NCBI GenBank assembly: GCA_963805815.1 | Contig: CAWDWA010000010.1 | Coordinates: 65,700 to 129,699, forward strand | Reading direction: 5' to 3' | DNA: 64,000 nucleotides | Origin: an uncultured Verrucomicrobiae bacterium | GTDB taxonomy: Bacteria > Verrucomicrobiota > Verrucomicrobiia > Chthoniobacterales > Chthoniobacteraceae | Shown here: positions 1 through 10,384 of the stretch, piece by piece | Layout: every line of letters starts with the position of its first letter | Numbering within the stretch: position 1 is the first letter of the stretch | The notes under the pieces: generated by a model | Told to the model about the DNA's origin: nothing | What the model saw: only the letters and a program-made list of their open reading frames with translations | The model's database searches: none | Made by a program: the position numbers and the translations under genes

Positions 1-420
1 ATTACCGTTGGACGCAACAAACCGCAGATCGAAATTGATGTGCCCTGGACTCACGTAGAAACGATACACAGTGATCGCTTGCTACCCGTTGTATATAGCG
101 CCGCAGACCTGTTCGTTATTTCTTCACTTCAAGACAACCTTCCGAATACGGTTCTGGAGGCGATGGCCTGTGGAACACCGATCGTCGGCTTTTCTGTCGG
201 TGGAATTCCGGACATGGTTCGTTCGGGCGTCAATGGAATGCTTGTTCCGGAAAAGAATGTTGAAAAACTCCGAAATGAAATAGTTCGACTGCTTCGTAAT
301 CGCAGCGAACTTCATAAAATGGGTAGCAATGGCCGGAGGATAGCTGTTCAGGAGTATTCGCTTGAGCTTCAGGCGCAAAGGTATGTCGAGCTCTATGAGG
401 CTCTGCTTGAACCTTGTTAG
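1..420 (+). CDS. Glycosyltransferase family 1 (GT4-type), C-terminal part; 5' end lies outside window
   Basis: ORF 40..420 continues in-frame to the window edge. Conserved GT1 C-terminal motif EAMACGTPIVGFSVGGIPDMV. Confidence 0.75.
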   Translation: MTVGRNKPQIEIDVPWTHVETIHSDRLLPVVYSAADLFVISSLQDNLPNTVLEAMACGTPIVGFSVGGIPDMVRSGVNGMLVPEKNVEKLRNEIVRLLRNRSELHKMGSNGRRIAVQEYSLELQAQRYVELYEALLEPC

Positions 421-447
421 GGTTCACCGTCAAATCGCTAAAAAAAA

Positions 448-1278
448 ATGAAATGTCTGAATATAGGGTGCGGAAATCGCTATCTGGCGGAGTGGGTTAA
501 TATTGATGATTGCAAAAGTGGCGAAGAGGTTATAAAGCACAATATATTATCGGGTTTGCCGTTTCTTGATGGGGAGTTTGACGTGGTTTATCATTCGCAT
601 GTGCTTGAGCATCTGCCCAGAGCAAAGGCGGGTTCATTTGTGGGGGAGTGTTTTCGCGTATTAAAGCCGGGAGGAATTCTGCGTGTAGCAGTTCCGGATC
701 TAGAGAGGATTGTTAATGAATACCTAAATAATCTGGAAGCTGCGAAAGCGGGTGATAAAAGAGCGGTTCTGAAATATAGATGGTCTGTTATTGAGTTATT
801 TGATCAAACTGTGAGAGAGTCTTCAGGAGGCGAAATGGGAAGGTTTTGGGCGCAAGAGCTCGTTCCTGTGGAAGATTACGTAAAGGAGCGCGTTGGTTGG
901 GAATTTGTTCAGTATAGAGAACATCTGAAAAGGCATCCGTCGCGGGAGAACTACGGGCAGGAGCGGCGAGCTTCGATCTTACGAAGGTTTCTTAGGCTTG
1001 GTGGGCTCAAGGATAAGTTGTTGATCTGGCTTACTGGGGATACAAATGTTCGGGAAAATTTGCGAAGAGGAAGGTTTCGCGGCAGTGGAGAAGTTCACCA
1101 ATGGATGTACGACGAGTATTCTTTAGGGGAATTGTTAAAATCTGTTGGATTTAAGCATACGGAAAGAAAAGATGCATTTTCCAGTAGTATATCGAATTGG
1201 GAGAATTACAGATGGTTGGATGTGGAGGGTGGTAGAGTGCGCAAGCCCGATTCTTTGTTTGTAGAAGCTATGAAATGA
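448..1278 (+). CDS. Class I SAM-dependent methyltransferase (Methyltransf_11-like)
   Basis: 276 aa. Motifs LNIGCGNRY, VLEHL and LKPGGILRVAVPDLERI are typical of SAM-MTases. Sits in the glycan locus. Confidence 0.7.
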   Translation: MKCLNIGCGNRYLAEWVNIDDCKSGEEVIKHNILSGLPFLDGEFDVVYHSHVLEHLPRAKAGSFVGECFRVLKPGGILRVAVPDLERIVNEYLNNLEAAKAGDKRAVLKYRWSVIELFDQTVRESSGGEMGRFWAQELVPVEDYVKERVGWEFVQYREHLKRHPSRENYGQERRASILRRFLRLGGLKDKLLIWLTGDTNVRENLRRGRFRGSGEVHQWMYDEYSLGELLKSVGFKHTERKDAFSSSISNWENYRWLDVEGGRVRKPDSLFVEAMK

Positions 1279-1361
1279 AACCCTTACGAAGCCATGGCAG
1301 TGTGCGCTGCAAGAGTGGTTTAGAGGGCGTCTAAAAAATAGTCTTTCTCAAAAATTGAGAC

Positions 1362-1739
1362 TTGTACTTTTGTAGAACATGGTGTGAAACGCTTGGGAGG
1401 GATTCCCACGACCCTTACCGAAGCGATCTTACCGATGCCGAATGGAACCTCATTAAGCCCCTGTTACCAGAATCAAAGAAAATGGACCGCCCACCGCGCT
1501 ACGAAAAACGCGCCGTCTTAAATGGCATTTTCTACGTCGTGCGGGGAGGATGCTCGTGGCGGATGTTGCCTCATGACATGCCTCCGTGGCGCTTGTGCTA
1601 TTACTACTTTATGACCTGGCGGCAGAAGGGCCTCTGGCAGACGATTCATGACCACATGCGGGATAGAGTCCGGCTGAGTGTTAAAAAGGGCCCCGAGTGC
1701 TGCGATCCTCGACTCTCAAAGCTCAAAGCATTAAAGTAG
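1362..1739 (+). CDS. IS5-family transposase orfA (N-terminal DNA-binding part)
   Basis: DLTDAEWNLIKPLLPE...RPPRYEKRAVLNGIFYVVRGGCSWRMLP is the hallmark N-terminus of IS5/IS427 transposases. Confidence 0.8.
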   Translation: MYFCRTWCETLGRDSHDPYRSDLTDAEWNLIKPLLPESKKMDRPPRYEKRAVLNGIFYVVRGGCSWRMLPHDMPPWRLCYYYFMTWRQKGLWQTIHDHMRDRVRLSVKKGPECCDPRLSKLKALK

Positions 1740-2194
1740 CTAACCACGGTGGAGTGCGCGGCTACGATGCAGGAAAGAAGATCATGGGACGCAAGCGACA
1801 TCTCCTGGTGGACACGCTGGGCTTGATTCTCCATGTCATGGTCCACTCTGCGGCGATACAGGACCGCGACGGATCCAAACATGTTCTGCAAATTCTTCAC
1901 AGCCGCTTCGGCTGGTTGCGCTGCATCTTTGTCCACAGCGCCTACGCGGGCGAACTAGTCAGTTGGGTAAAGAAGCTTCTGCCTCATCGCGGATGGCGTC
2001 TGGAGGTCGTCAAGCGAAGCGAGGTTTATAAGCATCGCTTCGCGGTGCTACCAAAACGATGGATTGTAGAGCGGACCTTCGCCTGGCTCTCAAAATTACG
2101 TCGCTTATCCAAGGACTATGAGTTTCGCACCGACAACAGCGAGACGATGATGCTAATCGCCGCGACTAGGCTGATGCTAAAAAGGCTAGCCTGA
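1697..2194 (+). CDS. IS5-family transposase orfB (DDE catalytic part)
   Basis: GYDAGKKIMGRKRHLLVDTLGLIL...VERTFAWLSKLRRLSKDYE is a typical IS5/IS427 DDE C-terminal region. Overlaps orfA in another frame. Confidence 0.8.
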   Translation: MLRSSTLKAQSIKVANHGGVRGYDAGKKIMGRKRHLLVDTLGLILHVMVHSAAIQDRDGSKHVLQILHSRFGWLRCIFVHSAYAGELVSWVKKLLPHRGWRLEVVKRSEVYKHRFAVLPKRWIVERTFAWLSKLRRLSKDYEFRTDNSETMMLIAATRLMLKRLA

Positions 2195-3060
2195 CGCTAC
2201 TTTTTAGACGCCCTCTTAGGTGGAAAGTGGGGCATTGTTTCACGCATAATGTGTTGCGGTTGCGCAAGGTAAAAAAACTAATAGCAGGATTTGTCTACAG
2301 TCGCTTAGTATTCGATCGTGCGTGCGGCTATCGTAGACTGTAGTCGAAGGTGTCTTGGCTATGTATTTTGATATGGCAAAAAATTGTTTGAAAATCGTGA
2401 CCTGAGCCATGGCTTCGAAATATGCCGCTTTGATTCATCGGATTCAGGGTAAGTCATTCCGTCGGTTTCCATGAGCAGCATGAGATCGACGGAGCAGTAA
2501 ATGCGAAAGGTGGCCAAAACTGTTGTGATTTCAGAGACTAAACGCGCCGCGGTTCCGACGTTTTTTGCATCAAGTGTTGCGCAACCAGATGTATGATCGC
2601 TACGCCGGGTGGCCGGACCGCTTCACATAATGTGTTGAAAAGGGAGTGTCGAGCTGGTTGTTCAGGGCTAACTGGCAGTAAAGGGAAAGGCGTTCTCTGA
2701 TTTTTGAATTGTAATGGTATTAAGTTCGACCCTGCCGAAGAAAGTTTTGGGGAAGTTTGTTCTCTACTGTCATTAGTTTTTGTGTTCGGTATTGAGCCAT
2801 GGAGAAGATAAAGTCGGTCTCTTTTAACCGGACAACCGTGAGCACTGAGGAAATTCAGGGGGAGCTTGAAAACAATTATGGGAGCCTGTGAATTGTTTGA
2901 ACGAGAAATTTCCAGCAGATTCACTGCTCGAATGTTTAGAACGTTTCTTCGCGCGGGTTTCCCCCCTTTCGACGTTTGGGAATGCCGTTTCGAGCTTTCT
3001 CTGGCGCGTTTTCTGCATTCTGAACATTGTTTTGAAACAAAACGTTAATGAAAGTACTCT

Positions 3061-4092
3061 ATGATAATACTCGTTACTGGAACTGAAGGTTATCTTGGAT
3101 CACTCCTCGCGCCAATACTTATCGAGCGAGGTCACGACGTTACCGGCGTCGATACCGGTTACTACAAGGAGGGGTTTCTTTACAATGGCAAGGGGGACGG
3201 TCCGCGTACTCTCGCCAAAGATATTCGGCATTTGACGGTCGATGATCTACGCGGACATGATGCGGTGGTTCACATGGCGGAGCTTTCCAATGACCCGCTT
3301 GGCGAGCTCAATCCGAGGATCACATATGAAATCAATCACAAGGGCACGATGCACGTGGCTCGGGCTGCCAAGGCGGCAGGTGTCCGGCGTTTTGTCTATA
3401 TGTCATCTTGTTCTGTCTATGGCGTTGCCAGCAATGGAGAAGTTACGGAAGAAACGCCACCGAATCCGCAGACTGCGTATGCGAGCTGCAAGACGCTGTG
3501 TGAGCGCGACCTGAGACTCCTTGCCGATGATAGCTTCAGTCCGTGTTATTTGCGGAACGCCACTGCATTCGGCGCTTCGCCGAGACAGCGCTTTGATCTC
3601 GTGTTGAACAATCTCTGTGGTCTCGCGTGGACAACGAAGGAAATCAAGATGACGAGTGATGGTACGCCATGGCGACCTCTCGTGCATGGCCTCGACATCG
3701 CGAGTGCCATCTGCTGCGTAATCGAATCGCACTCCGATGCAATCCACGATGAGGTTTTCAATATCGGATGTACTATGCAAAACTATCGTGTCCGGGAAAT
3801 TGCCGAAAAAGTGAGCGAAGTGTTTCCTGATTGCATGGTAACCTTTGGAAGCCACGGCGCTGATAATCGGAGCTATCGCGTTAACTTCGACAAGGTACGA
3901 AAACATCTGCCCACATTTGAGTGCCAGTGGGATGCCAACAGAGGAATCCGGCAGATGCATGAGCTATTCAGGCAGATAGACTTCACCATTGACCAATTTG
4001 AGCATCGTGCCTTTACCCGTCTCAAACAGCTGCAATATCTGATTCGGACCGAGCAGATCGATCAGCAGTTTTTTTGGACGAGAGCGGTCTGA
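3061..4092 (+). CDS. NAD-dependent epimerase/dehydratase (extended SDR), nucleotide-sugar modifying
   Basis: 343 aa. N-terminal Rossmann motif ILVTGTEGYLGSLLAPIL and a catalytic YASCK (YxxxK). Confidence 0.75.
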   Translation: MIILVTGTEGYLGSLLAPILIERGHDVTGVDTGYYKEGFLYNGKGDGPRTLAKDIRHLTVDDLRGHDAVVHMAELSNDPLGELNPRITYEINHKGTMHVARAAKAAGVRRFVYMSSCSVYGVASNGEVTEETPPNPQTAYASCKTLCERDLRLLADDSFSPCYLRNATAFGASPRQRFDLVLNNLCGLAWTTKEIKMTSDGTPWRPLVHGLDIASAICCVIESHSDAIHDEVFNIGCTMQNYRVREIAEKVSEVFPDCMVTFGSHGADNRSYRVNFDKVRKHLPTFECQWDANRGIRQMHELFRQIDFTIDQFEHRAFTRLKQLQYLIRTEQIDQQFFWTRAV

Positions 4093-4454
4093 TTGCGAAG
4101 GTTTTGATTAATCGCTGGAAATAGAAACCAAAGATGTATCAACCGACTTATTGATTTTGCTCTGCACGGCTGAGGCATGCGATGTGCAACCTTGTTACGT
4201 CGCCTTTTAGGGCGTGACGCTTGATAATAACTACTGCGGCATTGGTGACGACCCCATCGATGACTTCGTCGACATGAAGTGGTGCAAGCAGAACCGGCTT
4301 ATGCCCGGTGAGCGTATTCCAATTTTTGGAGTGGAGGGGTTTATTGAAGGCTCCTCGCTGTTTTGAAATTTGCGACGTGATGGCGGTTATCAGGACTTGG
4401 GGCGGGCAGTTTGCCGTAGCGATTTTGGAAGTCGAAGTGTTTTGATCTTGGAGC

Positions 4455-5000
4455 TTGGCAATCAAGGAATCTATGACCTTTTACGAAACTACCCTTCCGG
4501 ATTCATTCATCGTCGAGATGGAACCGCGAGTTGATGATCGCGGGTTCTTCGCACGAAGCTGGTGTCAGAGGGAATTCTCAAGAAAAGGCCTGAACCCGAG
4601 TCTCGTCCAATGTAACGTTTCATTCAACAATCGGCGCGGCACGCTGCGGGGAATGCACTTCCAACTTCCGCCGTATGAAGAAGCAAAGCTTGTCCGCTGC
4701 ACAATGGGTGCAATTTTCGATGTGATCATTGATCTGCGTCCGCAGTCACCCACCTTCAAGAAGCAGTTCACGGTTCAGCTCGATGCGAAAAACCACCGCA
4801 TGCTCTACGTTCCGGAAGGATTTGCACATGGGTTCCAGACTTTGACGGATTCTACTGAAGTGTTTTACCAGATGTCCGAGTTCTTCACCCCTGAAGCCGC
4901 CAACTCTGGGATCCGCTGGAACGATCCTGTATTCGGGATTCAGTGGCCGTTCCGCGATCCGATTCTCAGTGAACGCGATCGGAACTATCCCGATTTTTAA
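4455..5000 (+). CDS. dTDP-4-dehydrorhamnose 3,5-epimerase-like (RmlC cupin family)
   Basis: 181 aa. DDRGFFARSW, GTLRGMHFQ and VPEGFAHGFQTL match RmlC-family signature regions. Confidence 0.8.
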   Translation: MAIKESMTFYETTLPDSFIVEMEPRVDDRGFFARSWCQREFSRKGLNPSLVQCNVSFNNRRGTLRGMHFQLPPYEEAKLVRCTMGAIFDVIIDLRPQSPTFKKQFTVQLDAKNHRMLYVPEGFAHGFQTLTDSTEVFYQMSEFFTPEAANSGIRWNDPVFGIQWPFRDPILSERDRNYPDF

Positions 5001-5305
5001 TGAGCTTCCAGACCACCGTCTGCTCCGGGATTCGGCGAAGTTGGTTCGTTCCGTGGCAAAAAGCTGATGTCGGTTTTCCGAAGCATTGCTGGTCAATCTC
5101 AGTCCGCGCGTGGGCCGCAATTGGGCAGACGCAGCCTCTATAACGATCACGAGAAGAAACGAAGGCCCTTGCTCTGGGAATTGAGTTTTTCTGACGGGTT
5201 TTCGCCGCTCGATATCGCAGACCGAGCAAAGGTTCCGTCTGGCGCGATTAAGCGCGCCTCTGACAGGCTTTTTGCGGCTGGATTCCTCCGCCACTTGGAG
5301 GAAGT

Positions 5306-6106
5306 GTGATGAGACGACGCATACTGATTACCGGAGCAAGCAGTGGACTTGGACGGGCTTTGGCGTTGGCATTGGCGAGTGAAGGGACAGAACTGATTTT
5401 CACAGGCAGACGTTCTGAGGCGCTCGAGGCGGTTGCCGATAGTGCCCGATTGAAAGGAGCGACAGTTCAGACGTCCATTTTAGAATTGGCGTCTGCTGAA
5501 GTGGTTTCGGCATTCGGAAAATGGATTGCGTCACAACCTGCGGGAATGGACGTTCTAATTCACAATGCTGCAGTAATCCGGCTCGGTGCTTTGGCCGAAT
5601 CAAATATCGCAGATCTCGACTGGCATATGGGACCGAACCTGCGATCCCCAATACTCTTGACTCAGCTGCTTTTGGAACCGCTTCGGCGAGCGCGCGGGCA
5701 AATTGTATTCATTAATTCGACTGCCGGTTTGGCTGCGCCGAAAGGAGCGTCGTTTTACGCAGCAAGCAAGCATGCGTTGAAAGCTGTGGCGGATAGTTTA
5801 CGTGAAGAGCTGGCGCCAGCCGGCGTCACGGTTCTCTCCGTGTTCCCTAGCCGGATGAACACTCCGATGCAACAGAGGGTGCTCGCGATGGAAGGAGTTA
5901 CTGCCGATTTAGCCGCCTTCCATCAACCTGAAGACGTCGCTTGCATTATTGTGGGCGCAATGGAACGCTGCCGGGCTGGGGAAATCCACAATGTGACGTT
6001 TAAGATAGGCTCAGAACCCAGCTTCTGGCGAAGTCGCTCTGCCGGTTTCGATGCCTGGCATGAAAGCGACGAAGCAGTAACCGCGAATGAGTGCCAACGG
6101 CTATGA
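5306..6106 (+). CDS. Short-chain dehydrogenase/reductase (SDR)
   Basis: 266 aa. ILITGASSGLGRALA glycine-rich motif and YAASKHALK catalytic YxxxK. Confidence 0.8.
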   Translation: MMRRRILITGASSGLGRALALALASEGTELIFTGRRSEALEAVADSARLKGATVQTSILELASAEVVSAFGKWIASQPAGMDVLIHNAAVIRLGALAESNIADLDWHMGPNLRSPILLTQLLLEPLRRARGQIVFINSTAGLAAPKGASFYAASKHALKAVADSLREELAPAGVTVLSVFPSRMNTPMQQRVLAMEGVTADLAAFHQPEDVACIIVGAMERCRAGEIHNVTFKIGSEPSFWRSRSAGFDAWHESDEAVTANECQRL

Positions 6107-6333
6107 TTTCGGATACTTAGGAGGCGTGGCGCGGCGCCGAGGCTGCTCTCTCTAGCATCAGCTTTGGCGCTATAGAGTCGCGCGATCAGTTTCATAATCG
6201 CTACGTGCGGGGGCCACAACCCACCTCACACAGTAGGAATGGGTAACTTCCAGCCGGAAGTTCCGAGTCAGTATCGCCTGCTGCCAGCAAATGGTAAAGC
6301 GTTCTTCTCTTATTTGTATTTTAGAAAATCTAT

Positions 6334-8658
6334 ATGATTTTAAATTCTACGAAAGAATTCTGGTTGAAGTTGTTACGCTACTGTCTTGTAGTCACTAGTT
6401 TTTTGTGTTCGTCATTGAGCCATGGAGAAGATAAAATCCTCTTTATCGGCAATAGTTTTACCTTTGGGGACTTTGGAACCTGGAGTGTTCCTGATATCTT
6501 CGACCGAATGGCGCAGGCAGGGGGGCATGGTGATCCGTTGGTCGCGATGCGCGCAGTAGGTGGCTCAGATTATCAGTTTCATTCACAGGATGCAACTACC
6601 CAGGCGACGATCCAATCTCAGCCTTGGACGTATGTCGTGCTTCAAAATTACAGCACGGAGCCGACGCACCTGTTCGACATGATTCACAGTTTGGAGGACC
6701 ACTATACCTACGGCACGGTTCTCTATCAGCAGGTGCTGTCGAACAACCCTCAGACTAATGTTCTACTTTACGAAACCTGGTCGCGATCGGCAATGCATGA
6801 ACTCATAACTGGCACATCGTCACCGAGCAGCTTTGAAAGCACTGACGAATTTCAAGAGGAGCTTCGAACCAATTATTGGGGACTCGCGAATTTTTTGAAC
6901 GAAAGTTTCTCCGGAAATCCACCGGTTACTGTCAGTCCGGTTGGGGATGCATGGCAGCTCGCAGGAGGGTTGTTGGATCCTTTAGCCCCGGGATTTGTTG
7001 ATCTCTTTGCGGACGACAACTACCACGGAAACGATAACGGATATTATCTCGCGGCTGCAGTTTTCTACGGAAAAATCTATGGAGAAAGTCCTGAGGGACT
7101 TTACTCGAATCCTTTGATGTCAGATTTGGGATTGAATTTGACGGTTCCTGCGAGTGAGCTTGAGAGTCTCGCGTGGGACGCGATATCGATATTTACAGAG
7201 TTCGAACTTTCCTATCAGACGTTGCTTTTCGATTTTGGAGACGGCGCGACAGCGACGGACCACGGGCCATCGCCAGACGATCCGGTAAGCTACTGGAACA
7301 ACGTGACAACAGAGATGGGCACGTCCTCGACGGGACAGTTGCAGGATGTCGTCACAGCACAGAACTCGGCGACTTCGGTGGGACTGCAGATGGTGAGCCG
7401 GTTTGCGGGAGTCAATCCAAGTGGCACGCTCAGTTCAGCGGTGTATGCGCAGGATGCGACGCGGGACTCGTTGTATGGGAACACAGAGCTATTCAGCGGA
7501 TTGAGCGATATGTTTCCGGAGTTCAAGTTGACAGGCTTGAATCCGTCATGGAGCTATGACCTGATTTTTTACGCATCGCGTGCGGAAGTGAGCGACAACC
7601 GGGAGACGGGGTATACGGTGGTGGGGGCGAATAGCGGGTACGTGGCACTGGATGCTGCGAACAACGTCAACAATACGGCGACGGTGCTTGGGATAGTGCC
7701 GACGGAGGCAGGGGAGATAAGCGTGAGTCTGGCACCGACTGCAAATAACAACAACGCCAATCATTTCACGTATCTGGGAGCGCTGATTGTGGAGGGATAT
7801 TCGAGTATTGATTCATTCGAGGCGACATATGGGGAACCGGTGAACTATACGATCAATGCGACGAATAATCCGACGATCTTCAGCGTTTCCGGGCTACCGC
7901 CCGGCCTTGATATGGACGCGACGACAGGAGTGATTTCGGGCACGCCGACATTAGCGGGAACGTATCGGGTAACGATCGAAGCAAGCAATGAGGAGGGGAC
8001 CAATTATATCCAGTTCACGGTGACGATCGCGAAGGTGGAGGCCGTGGTGACGTTGTCTGGGCTGACGCAGACCTACGACGGTTCGCCGCGGAGCGTGAGT
8101 GCAACGACATCGCCAGCCGGTCTGAGTGTGGTGATTACCTACGATGGGAGCGAGACGCCGCCAACGAATGTGGGCAGCTATTCGGTAGTAGCGACCATTG
8201 ACGATCCAAATTACGCCGGGGCGGCGACGGGGGTGCTGACAATTGGTGAGTTGGGAACTCTGGAAAACGGGAGTTTTGAGTCAGACTATCTGGGTTGGGA
8301 TGCAATTGGCAATCAGGGCATTGCCAATTTTGCGCCATATCAGACGACGGACGGAGCCAATGTGGTGGTGTTTAACTGGGGAGAAAATACTCCCAATGGA
8401 GTGCTTTCGCAGACCTTTGTGACGACACCGGGGCAGACCTATACGGTGAGTTTCGATGTGGGGGTTTTAGCCTACAACAAGAAAGAGCAGCGGTTGCAGG
8501 TGACGGTGGACGGAGCTGGGTCGCTGGTATCTGAGACAGTGTCGGTGTTTGGGCTTGGAGGCGGGCAGACGCAATGGGTGTCGAAGAGCTACAGTTTTGT
8601 GGCCGACAGGTACAATGACGACGCTGACGTTTCTCGACGTATCAACCACAACCGATAG
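6334..8658 (+). CDS. Large secreted repeat protein (signal peptide, SGNH/DUF4886-like esterase domain, putative-Ig and MBG domains, DUF642/CBM-like beta-sandwich). Reading frame is terminated by a +1 frameshift inside a tandem duplication.
   Basis: 774 aa. N-terminal hydrophobic leader, ILFIGNSFTFG (SGNH-like), GLPPGLDMDATTGVISGTPTLAGTYRVTIEASN (putative Ig), YDGSPRSVSATTSPAGLSVVITYDGSETPPTNVGSYSVVATIDDPNYAGAATGVLTI (MBG-like). Ends abnormally RYNDDADVSRRINHNR*. Confidence 0.7.
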   Translation: MILNSTKEFWLKLLRYCLVVTSFLCSSLSHGEDKILFIGNSFTFGDFGTWSVPDIFDRMAQAGGHGDPLVAMRAVGGSDYQFHSQDATTQATIQSQPWTYVVLQNYSTEPTHLFDMIHSLEDHYTYGTVLYQQVLSNNPQTNVLLYETWSRSAMHELITGTSSPSSFESTDEFQEELRTNYWGLANFLNESFSGNPPVTVSPVGDAWQLAGGLLDPLAPGFVDLFADDNYHGNDNGYYLAAAVFYGKIYGESPEGLYSNPLMSDLGLNLTVPASELESLAWDAISIFTEFELSYQTLLFDFGDGATATDHGPSPDDPVSYWNNVTTEMGTSSTGQLQDVVTAQNSATSVGLQMVSRFAGVNPSGTLSSAVYAQDATRDSLYGNTELFSGLSDMFPEFKLTGLNPSWSYDLIFYASRAEVSDNRETGYTVVGANSGYVALDAANNVNNTATVLGIVPTEAGEISVSLAPTANNNNANHFTYLGALIVEGYSSIDSFEATYGEPVNYTINATNNPTIFSVSGLPPGLDMDATTGVISGTPTLAGTYRVTIEASNEEGTNYIQFTVTIAKVEAVVTLSGLTQTYDGSPRSVSATTSPAGLSVVITYDGSETPPTNVGSYSVVATIDDPNYAGAATGVLTIGELGTLENGSFESDYLGWDAIGNQGIANFAPYQTTDGANVVVFNWGENTPNGVLSQTFVTTPGQTYTVSFDVGVLAYNKKEQRLQVTVDGAGSLVSETVSVFGLGGGQTQWVSKSYSFVADRYNDDADVSRRINHNR

Positions 8659-10195
8659 TATCGACATGCTCCTGGATGATGTGCGGCTGACTTCGTTCAC
8701 GCAGTTCCTGGATCAGACGTTGCTTTTCGATTTTGGAGACGGCGCGACAACGACGGACCACGGGCCATCGCCAGACGATCCGGTAAGCTACTGGAACAAC
8801 GTGACAACAGAGATGGGCACGTCCTCGACGGGACAGTTGCAGGATGTCGTCACAGCACAGAACTCGGCGACTTCGGTGGGACTGCAGATGGTGAGCCGGT
8901 TTGCGGGAGTCAATCCAAGTGGCACGCTCAGTTCAGCGGTGTATGCGCAGGATGCGACGCGGGACTCGTTGTATGGGAACACAGAGCTATTCAGCGGATT
9001 GAGCGATGTGTTTCCGGAGTTCAAGTTGACGGGCTTGAATCCGTCATGGAGCTATGACCTGATTTTTTACGCATCGCGTGCGGAAGTGAGCGACAACCGG
9101 GAGACGGGGTATACGGTGGTGGGGGCGAATAGCGGGTACGTGGCACTGGATGCTGCGAACAACGTCAACAATACGGCGACGGTGCTTGGGATAGTGCCGA
9201 CGGAGGCAGGGGAGATAAGCGTGAGTCTGGCACCGACTGCAAATAACAACAACGCCAATCATTTCACGTATCTGGGAGCGCTGATTGTGGAGGGATATTC
9301 GAGTATTGATTCATTCGAGGCGACATATGGGGAACCGGTGAACTATACGATCAATGCGACGAATAATCCGACGATCTTCAGCGTTTCCGGGCTACCGCCC
9401 GGCCTTGATATGGACACGACGACAGGAGTGATTTCGGGCACGCCGACATTAGCGGGAACGTATCGGGTAACGATCGAAGCAAGCAATGAGGAGGGGACCA
9501 ATTATATCCAGTTCACGGTGACGATCGCGAAGGTGGAGGCCGTGGTGACGTTGTCTGGGCTGACGCAGACCTACGACGGTTCGCCGCGGAGCGTGAGTGC
9601 AACGACATCGCCAGCCGGTCTGAGTGTGGTGATTACCTACGATGGGAGCGAGACGCCGCCAACGAATGTGGGCAGCTATTCGGTAGTAGCGACCATTGAC
9701 GATCCAAATTACGCCGGGGCGGCGACGGGGGTGCTGACAATTGGTGAGTTGGGAACTCTGGAAAACGGGAGTTTTGAGTCAGACTATCTGGGTTGGGATG
9801 CAATTGGCAATCAGGGCATTGCCAATTTTGCGCCATATCAGACGACGGACGGAGCCAATGTGGTGGTGTTTAACTGGGGAGAAAATACTCCCAATGGAGT
9901 GCTTTCGCAGACCTTTGTGACGACACCGGGGCAGACCTATACGGTGAGTTTCGATGTGGGGGTTTTAGCCTACAACAAGAAAGAGCAGCGGTTGCAGGTG
10001 ACGGTGGACGGGGCTGGGCCGCTGGTATCTGAGACAGTGTCGGTGTTTGGGCTTGGAGGCGGGCAGACGCAATGGGTGTCGAAGAGCTACAGTTTTGTGG
10101 CCGACAGTACAATGACGACGCTGACCTTTCTCGACGTATCAACCACAACCAATAGTATCGACATGCTCCTGGATGATGTGCGGCTGACGCTGTGA
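8549..10195 (+). pseudogene. Continuation of the same adhesin gene (second copy of a 499-codon tandem repeat), separated from the upstream ORF by a single extra G at about 8609-8610
   Basis: Nucleotides 8714-10188 repeat 7216-8691 almost exactly. In this frame the protein reads straight through WVSKSYSFVADSTMTTLTFLDVSTT into repeat unit 2. Confidence 0.6.
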
Positions 10196-10384
10196 TTGAA
10201 TCGAGATGTCCAGCCGACGGGTATTTACAGCCACTGCCCGTGCTGTCCGATTAGCTGCTATTAAAATCCCTAATATGCTTATTGAGCCTGTTCGCTGTCA
10301 AAAGCAGCATTTTGTGGACAGACTCTATGTATGTAACCCTATCTTTCAATACCGTTGTCGAGCTCATAGTGATTATTTTCCTGC

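Larger units (their letters stand above)
1321..2221 (+). mobile_element. IS5-family (IS427/IS1031-group-like) insertion sequence, about 0.9 kb
   Basis: Terminal inverted repeats tagagggcgtctaaaaa (1321-1337) and tttttagacgccctcta (2204-2220). Two overlapping transposase ORFs in different frames, a layout often read by programmed frameshifting. Possible TTA target-site duplication. Confidence 0.75.

Noticed and set aside
3403-3960. 185-aa minus-strand ORF inside the epimerase gene
   Set aside because: Shadow ORF of a well-supported plus-strand SDR-family gene.
4148-4465. 105-aa minus-strand ORF between epimerase and rmlC-like gene
   Set aside because: No recognisable domain, no support from neighbouring frames. 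Could be a real small protein but evidence is insufficient.
7216-10188. Long tandem repeats considered as possible CRISPR or satellite
   Set aside because: Repeats are 1.3-1.5 kb coding units inside adhesin genes (also 25676-28710), not short repeat-spacer arrays. No CRISPR arrays found in the window.
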